DNA from: an uncultured Verrucomicrobiae bacterium
GTDB taxonomy: Bacteria > Verrucomicrobiota > Verrucomicrobiia > Chthoniobacterales > UBA10450
Direction of reading: 5' to 3'
DNA: 64,000 nt
Assembly (NCBI GenBank): GCA_963756875.1
Contig: CAVWPA010000003.1
Span: 1,600,001 to 1,664,000 of the forward strand
The notes under the pieces are model-generated. The model saw only the letters and a list, made by a program, of their open reading frames with translations, did no database searches and had not been told where the DNA came from. Each line of letters begins with the position of its first letter. Position 1 is the first letter of the stretch. Shown one piece after another: positions 52,529-61,931 of the stretch. Position numbers and translations under genes: made by a program.

Positions 52529-54562
52529 ATGAAATATCCTGGAACGAATGCCTTGACCGCTCTGTCCGTGGTTCTTGCTTTTCCGGCTATGGCGCCCACC
52601 GCGAGCGCCGTTCAATTTAGGGCTGCGCGCGTGACGCAAATAATCAAGGACGTGAAACTGCTTCCCAGGCAGACGAGGCCGCGGGCAGCGTCTGTGAACG
52701 ACGAAGTGAGCGCCGGCACTGCCGTGCGCACCGGAGTGGATTCCCGCACGGAGCTGACCTTCACCGATCTGACCATTACGCGCCTTGGCGCGAACACGAT
52801 TTTCAGCTTTAACGAAGGAACTCGCCGCATCGATCTTGGCGGCGGGGCCGTGCTCGTGCAGGTCCCGCGGGGTGAGGCTGAAATGAAGATCAGCACCGCG
52901 GCTGTTACAGCCGGCATTAGCGGCGGCACGGCTCTCTTCGAGTGGAACAAGGGGTTTCCGGCAAAACTGCTCCTCCTTGAAGGTATCGGCCGCTTTTATC
53001 CCACAGGCCACCCCGATCAAGCCGTAATCGTTCATGGCGGAGAAATGGTGATGATGACCATAAACGGGCAAATCACCCGGGCGACAAAATTCAATGCGGC
53101 CCTGGTTTATAAGACGGCGAAGCTGATCACGAGTTTTCCCAAGCTTCCGAACGCCGATTTGATCATGGCGGTGATCGACCAACAGCAGGCCGAAATGTCC
53201 GAAGGGCCTTCGAACCCGCCCCCGAGCAATCCCATTGATACGACCGACCAGGCGATCGTGGCAAATCCGGCATTGGCAGGGTCGACGAAATTCGGGCCGC
53301 CTTCGGCGATCAAATCGCCGAACCCGTACCTCATCACAAGTGGTACGATGATTAATACCGATCCCATGATTACTACGAATGGCGTAACCAATCTCGGGAA
53401 AATTTATCGCGGCGCCTCTTTAGACGGTCCGTTAGCCACCTGGCTTGGCAGCACACCATCGGCCTTCGACAGCGTCAAATTTTTTGACAGTACCAACGGC
53501 GGGTTTAATCCTAGTGGTAACTCCCTTCCACTCCCGGGTTTCCTGTTCGCGGGGCTGCAACTGGATGGAGACCCGGCGGTTTCCAACTCCAGCGGCTACC
53601 CACTTCTAGGGCTTGTCAGCCAAAATGGGATCACGTCTTCTCCATCGGGGACCGTTTTTACGTTCGGCGGCATGCAGCAAGTCGCTCTAGTTACTCTCAA
53701 TGGCTCGATCGATCTGTCCGGGATCAGCTTCGCCAATTTCGGCCAGCTTTATATCTATGCTCGCGGCACGGGCTCAAATCTCACGCTGGCCGCGCCAATT
53801 TCCATTGATAAAGTTCAGCTCAGGGCAGAAGGAGATATCCAGCTAAACTCTTCTGTCACGACGTTCGGCACCGTTCATGACAAACGCGGATTTAAGGCCC
53901 TGGCGGGCAACAATCTTGTAGTCGGCTCGACCGTCACCACGAACGGCGGGGGGATCACTCTCCAGTCTCTGGGCGGCATAACCGTCAGCAATAGCGGCCA
54001 ACTTTTGTCCTTGCTCGATGCCATGGGAAACGGTGGTCAAGTCGTGATCATCGCCAGCGGCAGCGACACGCCCATCAACGTCAGCGGAACGATTCAGGCT
54101 GATCAGGGCGAGGTGGATATCCGTCAGACCGGCGTCGCGGGGCAAACGACTCTGAACAATGCGATGATCCACGGCGACGTTGTTAAAATATCGGCGCTTG
54201 GCGCGAACGGAGTGCTCAACATCGGCAGCGGTAACATGATTAACGCCGATTCGGTGATTAAACTCTACGCCCCGGGAAGCAACGGCACTCTCAACTTTAT
54301 GTCGAGCGTGACACTGAGCAGCCCGTCGAATATTCTTGCCGCCAACAGGATCACTATCGCCCCAACCGCTGTTGTTACGATCAACAGTGCGAGCAAGGCT
54401 GACATTTACACGAATATGCCGGACTACAATTTCATGCCTCAGCCCGGTTACAACGGCCCCCCTCCCAATGCGTCCAACGGCAGCTTCGACGGCGTGGGCG
54501 CGAACGATCCGCAACCGCTCGCAAATGCGCCGCCGCTCGGTGGTCCGGGGATGGGGCCATGA
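52529..54562 (+). CDS. Secreted FecR-domain protein with short beta-helix-like region
   Basis: VRTGVDSRTELTFTDLTITRLGANT; C-terminal module shared with its paralogues. Confidence 0.82.
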   Translation: MKYPGTNALTALSVVLAFPAMAPTASAVQFRAARVTQIIKDVKLLPRQTRPRAASVNDEVSAGTAVRTGVDSRTELTFTDLTITRLGANTIFSFNEGTRRIDLGGGAVLVQVPRGEAEMKISTAAVTAGISGGTALFEWNKGFPAKLLLLEGIGRFYPTGHPDQAVIVHGGEMVMMTINGQITRATKFNAALVYKTAKLITSFPKLPNADLIMAVIDQQQAEMSEGPSNPPPSNPIDTTDQAIVANPALAGSTKFGPPSAIKSPNPYLITSGTMINTDPMITTNGVTNLGKIYRGASLDGPLATWLGSTPSAFDSVKFFDSTNGGFNPSGNSLPLPGFLFAGLQLDGDPAVSNSSGYPLLGLVSQNGITSSPSGTVFTFGGMQQVALVTLNGSIDLSGISFANFGQLYIYARGTGSNLTLAAPISIDKVQLRAEGDIQLNSSVTTFGTVHDKRGFKALAGNNLVVGSTVTTNGGGITLQSLGGITVSNSGQLLSLLDAMGNGGQVVIIASGSDTPINVSGTIQADQGEVDIRQTGVAGQTTLNNAMIHGDVVKISALGANGVLNIGSGNMINADSVIKLYAPGSNGTLNFMSSVTLSSPSNILAANRITIAPTAVVTINSASKADIYTNMPDYNFMPQPGYNGPPPNASNGSFDGVGANDPQPLANAPPLGGPGMGP

Positions 54563-54595
54563 ACTTATTCTGGAAATGAAGCGAACATTCCCTTT

Positions 54596-55567
54596 ATGAT
54601 ATTAGACGTGACGCATCGGCCCCACTTTCATCGGAAGGCGTTTTTAACGGCTTTGTGCCTGCTGCTTTCTTTCACCCTGGCAAAATCCAGCTTGGCGCAG
54701 ACTGTTCAGGCGGACCAGGCCGAATTGGCGCGCAGCCAGACGGCGCTTGCTCCAAATGTTTCACCGAGTGGCATTGTGAACGGCCGTGCCGTATCGAGCC
54801 CTAACGATTCCGACCTCGGCGAGCAGCAGATTCTCAAGCGGGTGGAGGAGTATGAGCCTTTCACGGCATCAGTCGCGGTGCCGATTTATTACACCTCCAA
54901 TGTGGCGTTGACGAATAGCGGCGAGCGTAGCGATCTCATTACCGCGCCAGTGGGTTCTGTAGTCTACCAGCCGCGCATCACCAAGACGCTCTACGGGCTC
55001 GTCGATGTAAGGCAGCAATTGTTTTACTACAATCAGTATCCCGCGTTCGATTTTGGGAGCATGGATGTCGAAGCGGGTCTGATTTATTTGCTGCCGCAGT
55101 TTCACAACCTCATCTTGCGCGCCGAGTACGACTTCAATCGTCTGACTTCGTCCGACCGCGTGTTGGATGAATTTTACCAGAATCATTCCGTTATCGTGAA
55201 CGCCGAGGTCCCATTCCGCATATCTCGGGCGGCGCAAGTCTCGTTAGGCGGCGATGCCAACATCAGCGTGGCAGCGGATCATCAGGCGCCAAGAAGAAAC
55301 GATTACGACGGTTACGCCAGTTGCTCGGTGTTGCTCACCCGCTCGCTTTCCATTGGTGGCGCCGCTCGCGTGGTTGTGCGTAACTATCACCAGAATAATC
55401 GCACGGACGTAAGCGAAATCGTTTCGGCGACTGCCAGTCTGCGACTGACAAACTGGTGGACTGTGAGCGCGATCGGCACTTTTGCGCGCAGCGATTCAAA
55501 TCACGATGTCTTCGATTACAGCGTGGTGAATGCGGGCGGCGCACTCGCGTTGACAGCGAAGTTCTAG
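54596..55567 (+). CDS. Outer-membrane beta-barrel protein of unknown family
   Basis: Signal peptide, YYTSNV, alternating aromatic strands, terminal LALTAKF. Confidence 0.72.
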   Translation: MILDVTHRPHFHRKAFLTALCLLLSFTLAKSSLAQTVQADQAELARSQTALAPNVSPSGIVNGRAVSSPNDSDLGEQQILKRVEEYEPFTASVAVPIYYTSNVALTNSGERSDLITAPVGSVVYQPRITKTLYGLVDVRQQLFYYNQYPAFDFGSMDVEAGLIYLLPQFHNLILRAEYDFNRLTSSDRVLDEFYQNHSVIVNAEVPFRISRAAQVSLGGDANISVAADHQAPRRNDYDGYASCSVLLTRSLSIGGAARVVVRNYHQNNRTDVSEIVSATASLRLTNWWTVSAIGTFARSDSNHDVFDYSVVNAGGALALTAKF

Positions 55568-55572
55568 CCGAT

Positions 55573-58500
55573 ATGCGGCGGGCACGTGGTCATCATACCC
55601 AGACCGGTTTTGCATTGTCGTGCGGGGTGTGGCTGTTGTTGTCCCTGATTGTGCCTGCTTCATCGGCAATGGCCGCGGGGCTGAAACAGGCGACTGTCAC
55701 GCGAATTATTCAAGACGTGCAATTGCTTCCGAGCGAGGCATCGCCCAGGCCGGCAGTCGTAAACGACATTGTGCGTCAGAAAACGGCGGTGCGAACCGGC
55801 GCGGACTCCCGCACTGAGCTTACATTTACCGACCGGACACTCACGCGACTCGGAGCAAATACGCTTTTTAGCTTCAACGAGGGCACGCGCAGCATCGATC
55901 TCGGGGGCGGCGCTATGCTTTTAAGCGTGCCGAAAGGCGCCGCCACGACAAGGATCATGACCGCCGGGGTAAGCGCTGGAATCAGCGGAGGCACGGCATT
56001 GGGCGAGTATCATCGCGATGCGTACAGCAAGTTTATCGTTCTGGAAGGCGTTGCGCGGATCTACCTGAGACATCGCCTGGGTGAATCGCTGCTTCTTCAT
56101 GCCGGGCAGATGATTATTCTGAAGCCGGATGCGAAGCATCTGCCTGACCCGGTGGATATCGATCTGGGCCGGTTGATGAAAACATGTCTGCTCATTGTGG
56201 GGTTTCCGCCGTTGCACAACGAACCGTTGATCGCGGACGCAATTCAGCAGCAGAACCAGGAGAAAGCCAAAGGAACGCTTTACGACACCAACATGGTCAT
56301 CGTCGGCAATGGGACACTGGTTTCATTGGTCGATCCGACGTTTCTCGATCTCCTCGACCAGGCAATCAATAATGGGCCCGGCCCGGGCGGCGGCGGTGTG
56401 GTGATTCCGGAATTTGGTCCGCTCAATACAATTACCTCGCCGAATCCATACGTCATCACATCCGGCACGAAAATCAGAACCGCGCCGACGATTACCACCG
56501 GAGGCATCACTCAGGGTGGGAAAATTTATCGTGGAAATATGATCGATGGGTTCGCCTCCGACTACTTCTTCGGATCGAGCTCCAACTTTGACTTCGCGAG
56601 TGAATTCAATGGAGTCGGGGAAGGCGCAAACGGCGATCTCCCGATGGCAACGTTCAGATTTACGTCGCTGCAAATCACAGGGAATCCGACGATCAAAGTG
56701 CCGAGTGGCGGCGCGACCAATCTTACTTTGATCAGCGAAGGCAATATCACATCGGGTGCGCCCGGTGGGACACTCACGCTCAATGGCATGAATGCGGTCT
56801 TACTTGCCACGCAGAACGGATCCATCAATCTGGGACCGCAGCTGACCTTCTCGAATTTTAACTTCCTGTCGCTCTACGCCCGCGGCGCGGGTTCGAACGT
56901 GACGATCGCCTCGCCTGTTTTGAATCTGTCAGGCGTATCGTTGACCGCGGAAGGTTCTGTCACAGTAAACGGCAATGAGACTGTGCAGAGCTTTCAGGCT
57001 TTTACCGGTGTTGATTTTCTCGGCGGTACCGGGCATGTCATTGCCGCCAGCGACATTGGCATCATGACAGGCAACAATCTCGATTTCACGACCGCGAATT
57101 TCGCAGTGACTACAGGCACACCGAGCGTCTTCTTGCTAGCTACTGGAAATGCGAATCTCGATATTCGAAACGATCAAAGCATATTTGCAAATGCCAGTTT
57201 CATTTTCGTCGATGGCGTCGCCGAGAACTATACCGCCGATGCGGGCGGAACGACGTTGATGTTTAATCCTACGGCGCAGGTGCAGTTCTTTGCTGAAGCA
57301 GGTGGTATTCAGGCTCTGGAAACCACGTTTCTTCAAACCAGCAACATGATGCAGTTTACCTCCACCGGTGACATCGATGTTAACTCGATCGTCGGTGCCG
57401 ATATCATTCGTTCCACCGCCGGCAGCATCCACAGCTCGGAGCCGTTGTCAGCCAATACGATCGCGGCCGCAGCAGCCATCACTTCTGCAGCCGACCTGAC
57501 CGCTGTTAACTCCATCACGGCAGGGACGATAATCAGCGTCACAGATAATTTGATTTCGCCGAGCGTTCAGGCCGGCGGGAACATCACTGCGGGCCTCGTC
57601 GAAGTTCAAAACATTAATCCCAACAACGCTCTACCGAGCAATACGACCCTGACAGCCGGGGGCGGCGGTATCATTCCGTTTCCCGGAGCGGGCGGTTCGG
57701 GTTTACAGCACACTTTCAATCTGACGACCATTGTCTCGCCACAAGGAATCGATTTTACTGGAAGCCATTTCGGGCCTGGGGCCAACGGCGGCGTGCTGAC
57801 GATTAATGCGCAAACGCAGGACTTTTCCTCGGCGGGTATCAACGGCGCGAACTTCAATGGCGCGGACGCGCCGACCATCGCGAACCCGGCCGGCAGCGGC
57901 GGCAGCCTGACAGTAAACACGGCCAACGCTCTTACGGTGAATGGCGTTGATATCACCGCTACCACGGGGATCATCGATACCAATAGCACGCCCTCTGGCG
58001 CGGGAGGGAGCGTCAGCTTGAATTCACAGAGCGGACAGGTGAGCCTCACCAATACTCGTATTCAGGTCTCATCCAGCGACCCGATGGGAACAGCGAACCG
58101 CCGTTCCAGTGGAAATGGCGGCAATATCAACATCTCCAGCGCCGCCACAACCGGCACGGCCATTCTCATCGACAATAGCGCGCAATTGTTGTCCCTGCTC
58201 GAAAATACCGCGCCGGGTCCGTCCGGATTGATCACGATTTCCGCCAGCGGCGCGAACAGTAGCATTCAAGCCGGTGGACAGATTGAAGCGGACAGCGGCA
58301 GTCCCACCACTGCTGCGCACGGCATCGACATTCGTCACACGGGCGCCGCCGGCCAGATCACCCTGACGAACGTGAACGCACACGCCGACATCATTAAGGT
58401 GGCGGCGCTGGGCAACAACGGCACGCTCACCATTAGTGGCGGAATGTTGAGTGCCGACACAACCTTAAAACTTTATGCGCCCGGCAGTAACGGGCAGATT

Positions 58501-58764
58501 GTTTTTGTGGCTGATTGCACGATCGCAGGAGGTAATGCCAATATCCTCGCTGCAAACAGTGTGACGATAAACACTGGCGTTACCGTCACGACGCAGGGAC
58601 ACGCCGCCGATGTGTATGTCAACCAGACTAGCGGCATCCCAAACGCCAATTACACTGGTTTCGGCGGAAACGCCTCGACAACCGGTACCTTTGCCGGGCT
58701 TGGCGCCACCAATCCGCAAATGCTTAGCGCGGCGCCGGTCCTTGGGCCACCAGGCGGTCCATGA
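55573..58764 (+). CDS. Secreted FecR-domain protein with beta-helix-like region
   Basis: VRTGADSRTELTFTDRTLTRLGANT; shared C-terminal module; start placed at the ATG at 55573. Confidence 0.82.
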   Translation: MRRARGHHTQTGFALSCGVWLLLSLIVPASSAMAAGLKQATVTRIIQDVQLLPSEASPRPAVVNDIVRQKTAVRTGADSRTELTFTDRTLTRLGANTLFSFNEGTRSIDLGGGAMLLSVPKGAATTRIMTAGVSAGISGGTALGEYHRDAYSKFIVLEGVARIYLRHRLGESLLLHAGQMIILKPDAKHLPDPVDIDLGRLMKTCLLIVGFPPLHNEPLIADAIQQQNQEKAKGTLYDTNMVIVGNGTLVSLVDPTFLDLLDQAINNGPGPGGGGVVIPEFGPLNTITSPNPYVITSGTKIRTAPTITTGGITQGGKIYRGNMIDGFASDYFFGSSSNFDFASEFNGVGEGANGDLPMATFRFTSLQITGNPTIKVPSGGATNLTLISEGNITSGAPGGTLTLNGMNAVLLATQNGSINLGPQLTFSNFNFLSLYARGAGSNVTIASPVLNLSGVSLTAEGSVTVNGNETVQSFQAFTGVDFLGGTGHVIAASDIGIMTGNNLDFTTANFAVTTGTPSVFLLATGNANLDIRNDQSIFANASFIFVDGVAENYTADAGGTTLMFNPTAQVQFFAEAGGIQALETTFLQTSNMMQFTSTGDIDVNSIVGADIIRSTAGSIHSSEPLSANTIAAAAAITSAADLTAVNSITAGTIISVTDNLISPSVQAGGNITAGLVEVQNINPNNALPSNTTLTAGGGGIIPFPGAGGSGLQHTFNLTTIVSPQGIDFTGSHFGPGANGGVLTINAQTQDFSSAGINGANFNGADAPTIANPAGSGGSLTVNTANALTVNGVDITATTGIIDTNSTPSGAGGSVSLNSQSGQVSLTNTRIQVSSSDPMGTANRRSSGNGGNINISSAATTGTAILIDNSAQLLSLLENTAPGPSGLITISASGANSSIQAGGQIEADSGSPTTAAHGIDIRHTGAAGQITLTNVNAHADIIKVAALGNNGTLTISGGMLSADTTLKLYAPGSNGQIVFVADCTIAGGNANILAANSVTINTGVTVTTQGHAADVYVNQTSGIPNANYTGFGGNASTTGTFAGLGATNPQMLSAAPVLGPPGGP

Positions 58765-58796
58765 ATCGAGTATCGTATCGACAAGAAATAATTATC

Positions 58797-59597
58797 ATGA
58801 AGAAACTGCTTTCACATCGAATAACTCCCATCGCGATTGCGTTCGCCTTTGCTGCTGCGATTTCGGTCGCCACTTTTGTTTTTGCGGCGGAAAAAAAAGA
58901 AGCCCGCGTCACAGAGGTAATCCGCGAAGTGCGCTTGCTTACGCCACGCGGCGGACCGCGCCCGGCTGCCGTGAATGAGAGCCTCCACGAGGGAACCGCC
59001 GTGCGCACCGGCAGGGATTCCCGCGCCGAGCTCACTTTTTCCGATCAAACCCTTGCCCGCCTTGGCGAGAACACTATTTTCAGTTTGGCAGGGGGATCCC
59101 GAACTTACAATCTGGGTGGCGGAGCTATCCTGATGTCCGCGCCGAACGGTACCGGCGCCGTCAGAATTGCTTCCCCGGTGGCGACGGCCGCCGTAACAGG
59201 TTTTACGGTCATGTTTGAGGAGCACAAAAATGGCTGGAGCAAATTCATCGTTTTACATGGACAAGGCAGAGTCTCGTTCAAAGGAATTCCAGGCCGCCCT
59301 TGCCGGTTGCACACCGGCCAGATGATCGTCTGGCCTCCGCATCCCGTCAGATGTCCGGACGTGCTGAATATCGATCTCTCGAAATTGTTGCGGGGAAACC
59401 TGGTCAAAGGCTTTAGGCGGCCGTTACCGGAGCTTGCTCTTATTTTTGGCCGATATACAAAACCAGCAGACTTCGCCGCCGCCGGGTGGTTTTGTCGATC
59501 CGACAAATCAGGATGCGCTCGATCTGAACGCCAACGTGATTCCACCATCTCCGCCGCCGAGACCGCCGCATGGGGAGTGAGGCCCCCTAGGGAGTAG
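58797..59597 (+). CDS. Secreted FecR-domain-only protein (probable 1-nt frameshift near 59445)
   Basis: VRTGRDSRAELTFSDQTLARLGENT; an alternative frame gives a paralogue-like tail ADIQNQQ...DPTNQDALD ending at 59580. Confidence 0.78.
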   Translation: MKKLLSHRITPIAIAFAFAAAISVATFVFAAEKKEARVTEVIREVRLLTPRGGPRPAAVNESLHEGTAVRTGRDSRAELTFSDQTLARLGENTIFSLAGGSRTYNLGGGAILMSAPNGTGAVRIASPVATAAVTGFTVMFEEHKNGWSKFIVLHGQGRVSFKGIPGRPCRLHTGQMIVWPPHPVRCPDVLNIDLSKLLRGNLVKGFRRPLPELALIFGRYTKPADFAAAGWFCRSDKSGCARSERQRDSTISAAETAAWGVRPPRE

Positions 59598-59651
59598 TAG
59601 CTCTTTGGATACCAGCGACTCTGCGCTGCGGCGGCGTTTCGGCCCCCCGAG

Positions 59652-60560
59652 TTATCGCCGATGCCTGTCTTCGAGATATCCCGCACCCAGCGCGATTCCT
59701 GCCAGCAAGAGCGACGCCGCTGTCGCCAAGGGAACGGGATCGAAAGGCGCGGGCGGAAGATCGACAATTCCATTTTCATCCGTGCGCGCCGGCCTTCGCG
59801 CGTAACGGCCTCGTCGTGGCGGACGAATTGTTTCTGAGAAGAACTGCATTCTGTCCGGCAAATTCGAGTCGGTAATCGGTATCCCGTGTCCGCAGCCGGC
59901 CACATTCGGCCGCAAATTTGCCAGCTCTTTAACGGAGGACCGCGCCAATTCCCAGTCGGTGGTGAACGGTCGGGGTGGTGGAGACAATCGCTGCCTTCCG
60001 GTAACCAGCGCGCTCCAGGAATCCATGTTTACGGTGGTAAAAGCGTCGCCGGCGAGAAGGACGCGGTCCGAGCTTCGAAACAATACGATGTGCCCGGGAG
60101 AATGACCGGGCGTGGCAAGCCATTGCCAGTTGCTTGTTCCCGGGACCTTACCGGCTTGCAACTCGCGAACGCGGCCGGTCAGATTGCGGGGCTGCGCCAC
60201 AAAAAACCGCGAAAGAAACGCGAGCGCGCCGCCAACTGTTGGATCGGCCGGCGGATAAGGCGCCTTCCCGGTCAGGAACGGCATTTCCAGGCGATGCGCA
60301 TAAATCGGCACATCCCATGTTTCGGACAGCGTCAACGCTGAACCGGCGTGGTCCATGTGCCCGTGTGTCAGAACGATCGCCTCCGGTCTCGAGCCGGTGC
60401 CGAAGCGGGCCTCGGCTGCTCCCAGGATTTCTTTTGCCGAGCCTGGCAGCGCAGCGTCGAGCAGTACCCATTTTCCTCCGGGGCGCCCAATGAAATAGAC
60501 ATTAGCAAAGCTTACTGGCAGCCAGCCGACATCAGGCGCGATCCGGGTAATGGGTTTCAT
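59652..60560 (-). CDS. MBL-fold metallo-hydrolase
   Basis: THGHMDHAG, TPGHSPGH, LAGDA, GHG. Confidence 0.9.
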   Translation of the reverse strand: MKPITRIAPDVGWLPVSFANVYFIGRPGGKWVLLDAALPGSAKEILGAAEARFGTGSRPEAIVLTHGHMDHAGSALTLSETWDVPIYAHRLEMPFLTGKAPYPPADPTVGGALAFLSRFFVAQPRNLTGRVRELQAGKVPGTSNWQWLATPGHSPGHIVLFRSSDRVLLAGDAFTTVNMDSWSALVTGRQRLSPPPRPFTTDWELARSSVKELANLRPNVAGCGHGIPITDSNLPDRMQFFSETIRPPRRGRYARRPARTDENGIVDLPPAPFDPVPLATAASLLLAGIALGAGYLEDRHRR

Positions 60561-60619
60561 GATTTTGAGAGGCAGTGATCGCTTTCTGCAATCATTAGAT
60601 CTCTAAATCGCCAGTTTTT

Positions 60620-61300
60620 TCAGGGAATGGTTAAACTCTGCCCCACTTTCAGGTCATCGGGATCATCGATGCTTTTGCGGTTGGCGTCGAGGATCTCTTT
60701 CCAGTGCGCGGACGACTTATAGAACTTCCTCGAAATCGACGCGAGCGTGTCTCCCCGTTTTACGACGTAAGTCCGGCCAGGCTTCTTTTTGGTTTTTCCA
60801 GAATGGGAATGTCCTCCGGGCGATTTTTCGGCGGCGGCGTTGTGAGCTTTTGACCACCGCTCTTCGAGCTGTTTGCGGAGATTCAGATTCTCGTTCCGTA
60901 AACGTGTGGCTTCCGCCCGCGTCAGGACCGAATCGCCGGACGAACTGGTAGCCAGCGCGAGCTCGTCGCGTTTTACGAATCCTTTAACTTCGCCGGCGCG
61001 TTTGCCATTTGGATTGAGCGTCAGATACCGCTTGAAGTGGTGAAGTGCATCGAGGGGATCGTTCATCTTGTCGTCGTAGATCAAGGCGAGCTTATAATGG
61101 ATGTCCGCCGAATCCGGTGTTCCGTCGAGCGCCGCCTCGTAAAGATTGATCGCCCATAGAAAATCGCCCTGTGCTGATTTCGCGTCCGCTTCCTTGACCA
61201 GCTGGGTGTTGCGCGGCGTGATCATTCGATCGCAGCCGGCGAGCCAAAACAGCGACAGGATCGGCAGCCAAAAGCAGAACTTGTCAACGCACCTCAACAT
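60620..61300 (-). CDS. Lipoprotein with TPR and C-terminal LysM domain
   Basis: LAGC lipobox; TPR helices; YVVKRGDTLASIS...LKVGQSLTIP. Confidence 0.88.
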   Translation of the reverse strand: MLRCVDKFCFWLPILSLFWLAGCDRMITPRNTQLVKEADAKSAQGDFLWAINLYEAALDGTPDSADIHYKLALIYDDKMNDPLDALHHFKRYLTLNPNGKRAGEVKGFVKRDELALATSSSGDSVLTRAEATRLRNENLNLRKQLEERWSKAHNAAAEKSPGGHSHSGKTKKKPGRTYVVKRGDTLASISRKFYKSSAHWKEILDANRKSIDDPDDLKVGQSLTIP

Positions 61301-61349
61301 CGCAGTGATTGTTTTAACAACGCCGGCCCATTTGAAAAAGGCGAAACAT

Positions 61350-61757
61350 TAGAAGCCGTCTCATAAATAGGGATGGCCGCGTGGCTGTTGTTTTTTGGTT
61401 TGAACAAGGCGCGACGAGGAAGGATATCCGAATGGATCTGCGACCGAGGAGCAACGCAGCTCAAGCCGAAAAGCGACGCCACCCAAGGGGCAAGAGCACT
61501 TTAGGGTGCCTGGCGACGTTGCTCGCTCCTTACAGACCGCAACGGGTATGCTCGTCGCTTGCGCCCTGCCAGACGCCCTAAATTGCTCTTGCGAGGCCAA
61601 CCCATATTTACGAGATGGCTTAGCACTGTTGAAAAGCTTAGCCGGAGCGGGATTCCTGTGGTGGCAGCCGTGCCGGCTGCGTTACGTTTTGCAGGCGACA
61701 CGCCTGCCTCTACAGAGTTACGATAAGAGGCTTTTCAACAGAGCTAGATGGCTTCTA
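61350..61757. mobile_element. MITE with 20-bp terminal IRs, right end interrupted by a second MITE
   Basis: tagaagccgtctcataaata (61350-61369) versus the reconstituted tatttacgagatggcttcta; long internal imperfect IR. Confidence 0.78.
61622..61745. mobile_element. TGTTGAAAA-type MITE with 9-bp TSD, carrying a REP doublet
   Basis: agcactgttgaaaag / cttttcaacagagct; TSD agatggctt at 61613-61621 and 61746-61754. Confidence 0.85.
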
Positions 61758-61835
61758 GGAGATCGCCGCCCCGATTATCGCCCTGGCAAACCGACTTTCT
61801 GTATGATGACTGTGAGCAGCAGTCTGAAATAGATA

Positions 61836-61928
61836 TGCGGGGCGTACGCGCCGCCTGCCGCGCCATAGCGAAGCGGCGGCGGGTCGGCGCCCATTAATAT
61901 TTGGGAGACGACGGCGTGTGTCCCTCCA
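61836..61928. repeat. GGAG-type REP doublet (family C) with nested micro-element
   Basis: Ends gcgccca..aatattt?gggagacgacggcgtgtgtccctcca like 63111-63193. Confidence 0.7.
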
Positions 61929-61931
61929 ACT

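Noticed and set aside
61620..61646. TTAGCACT resembling half of a CIRCE operator
   Set aside because: There is no matching second half at 9-nt spacing, and the sequence is explained as a MITE end plus TSD.
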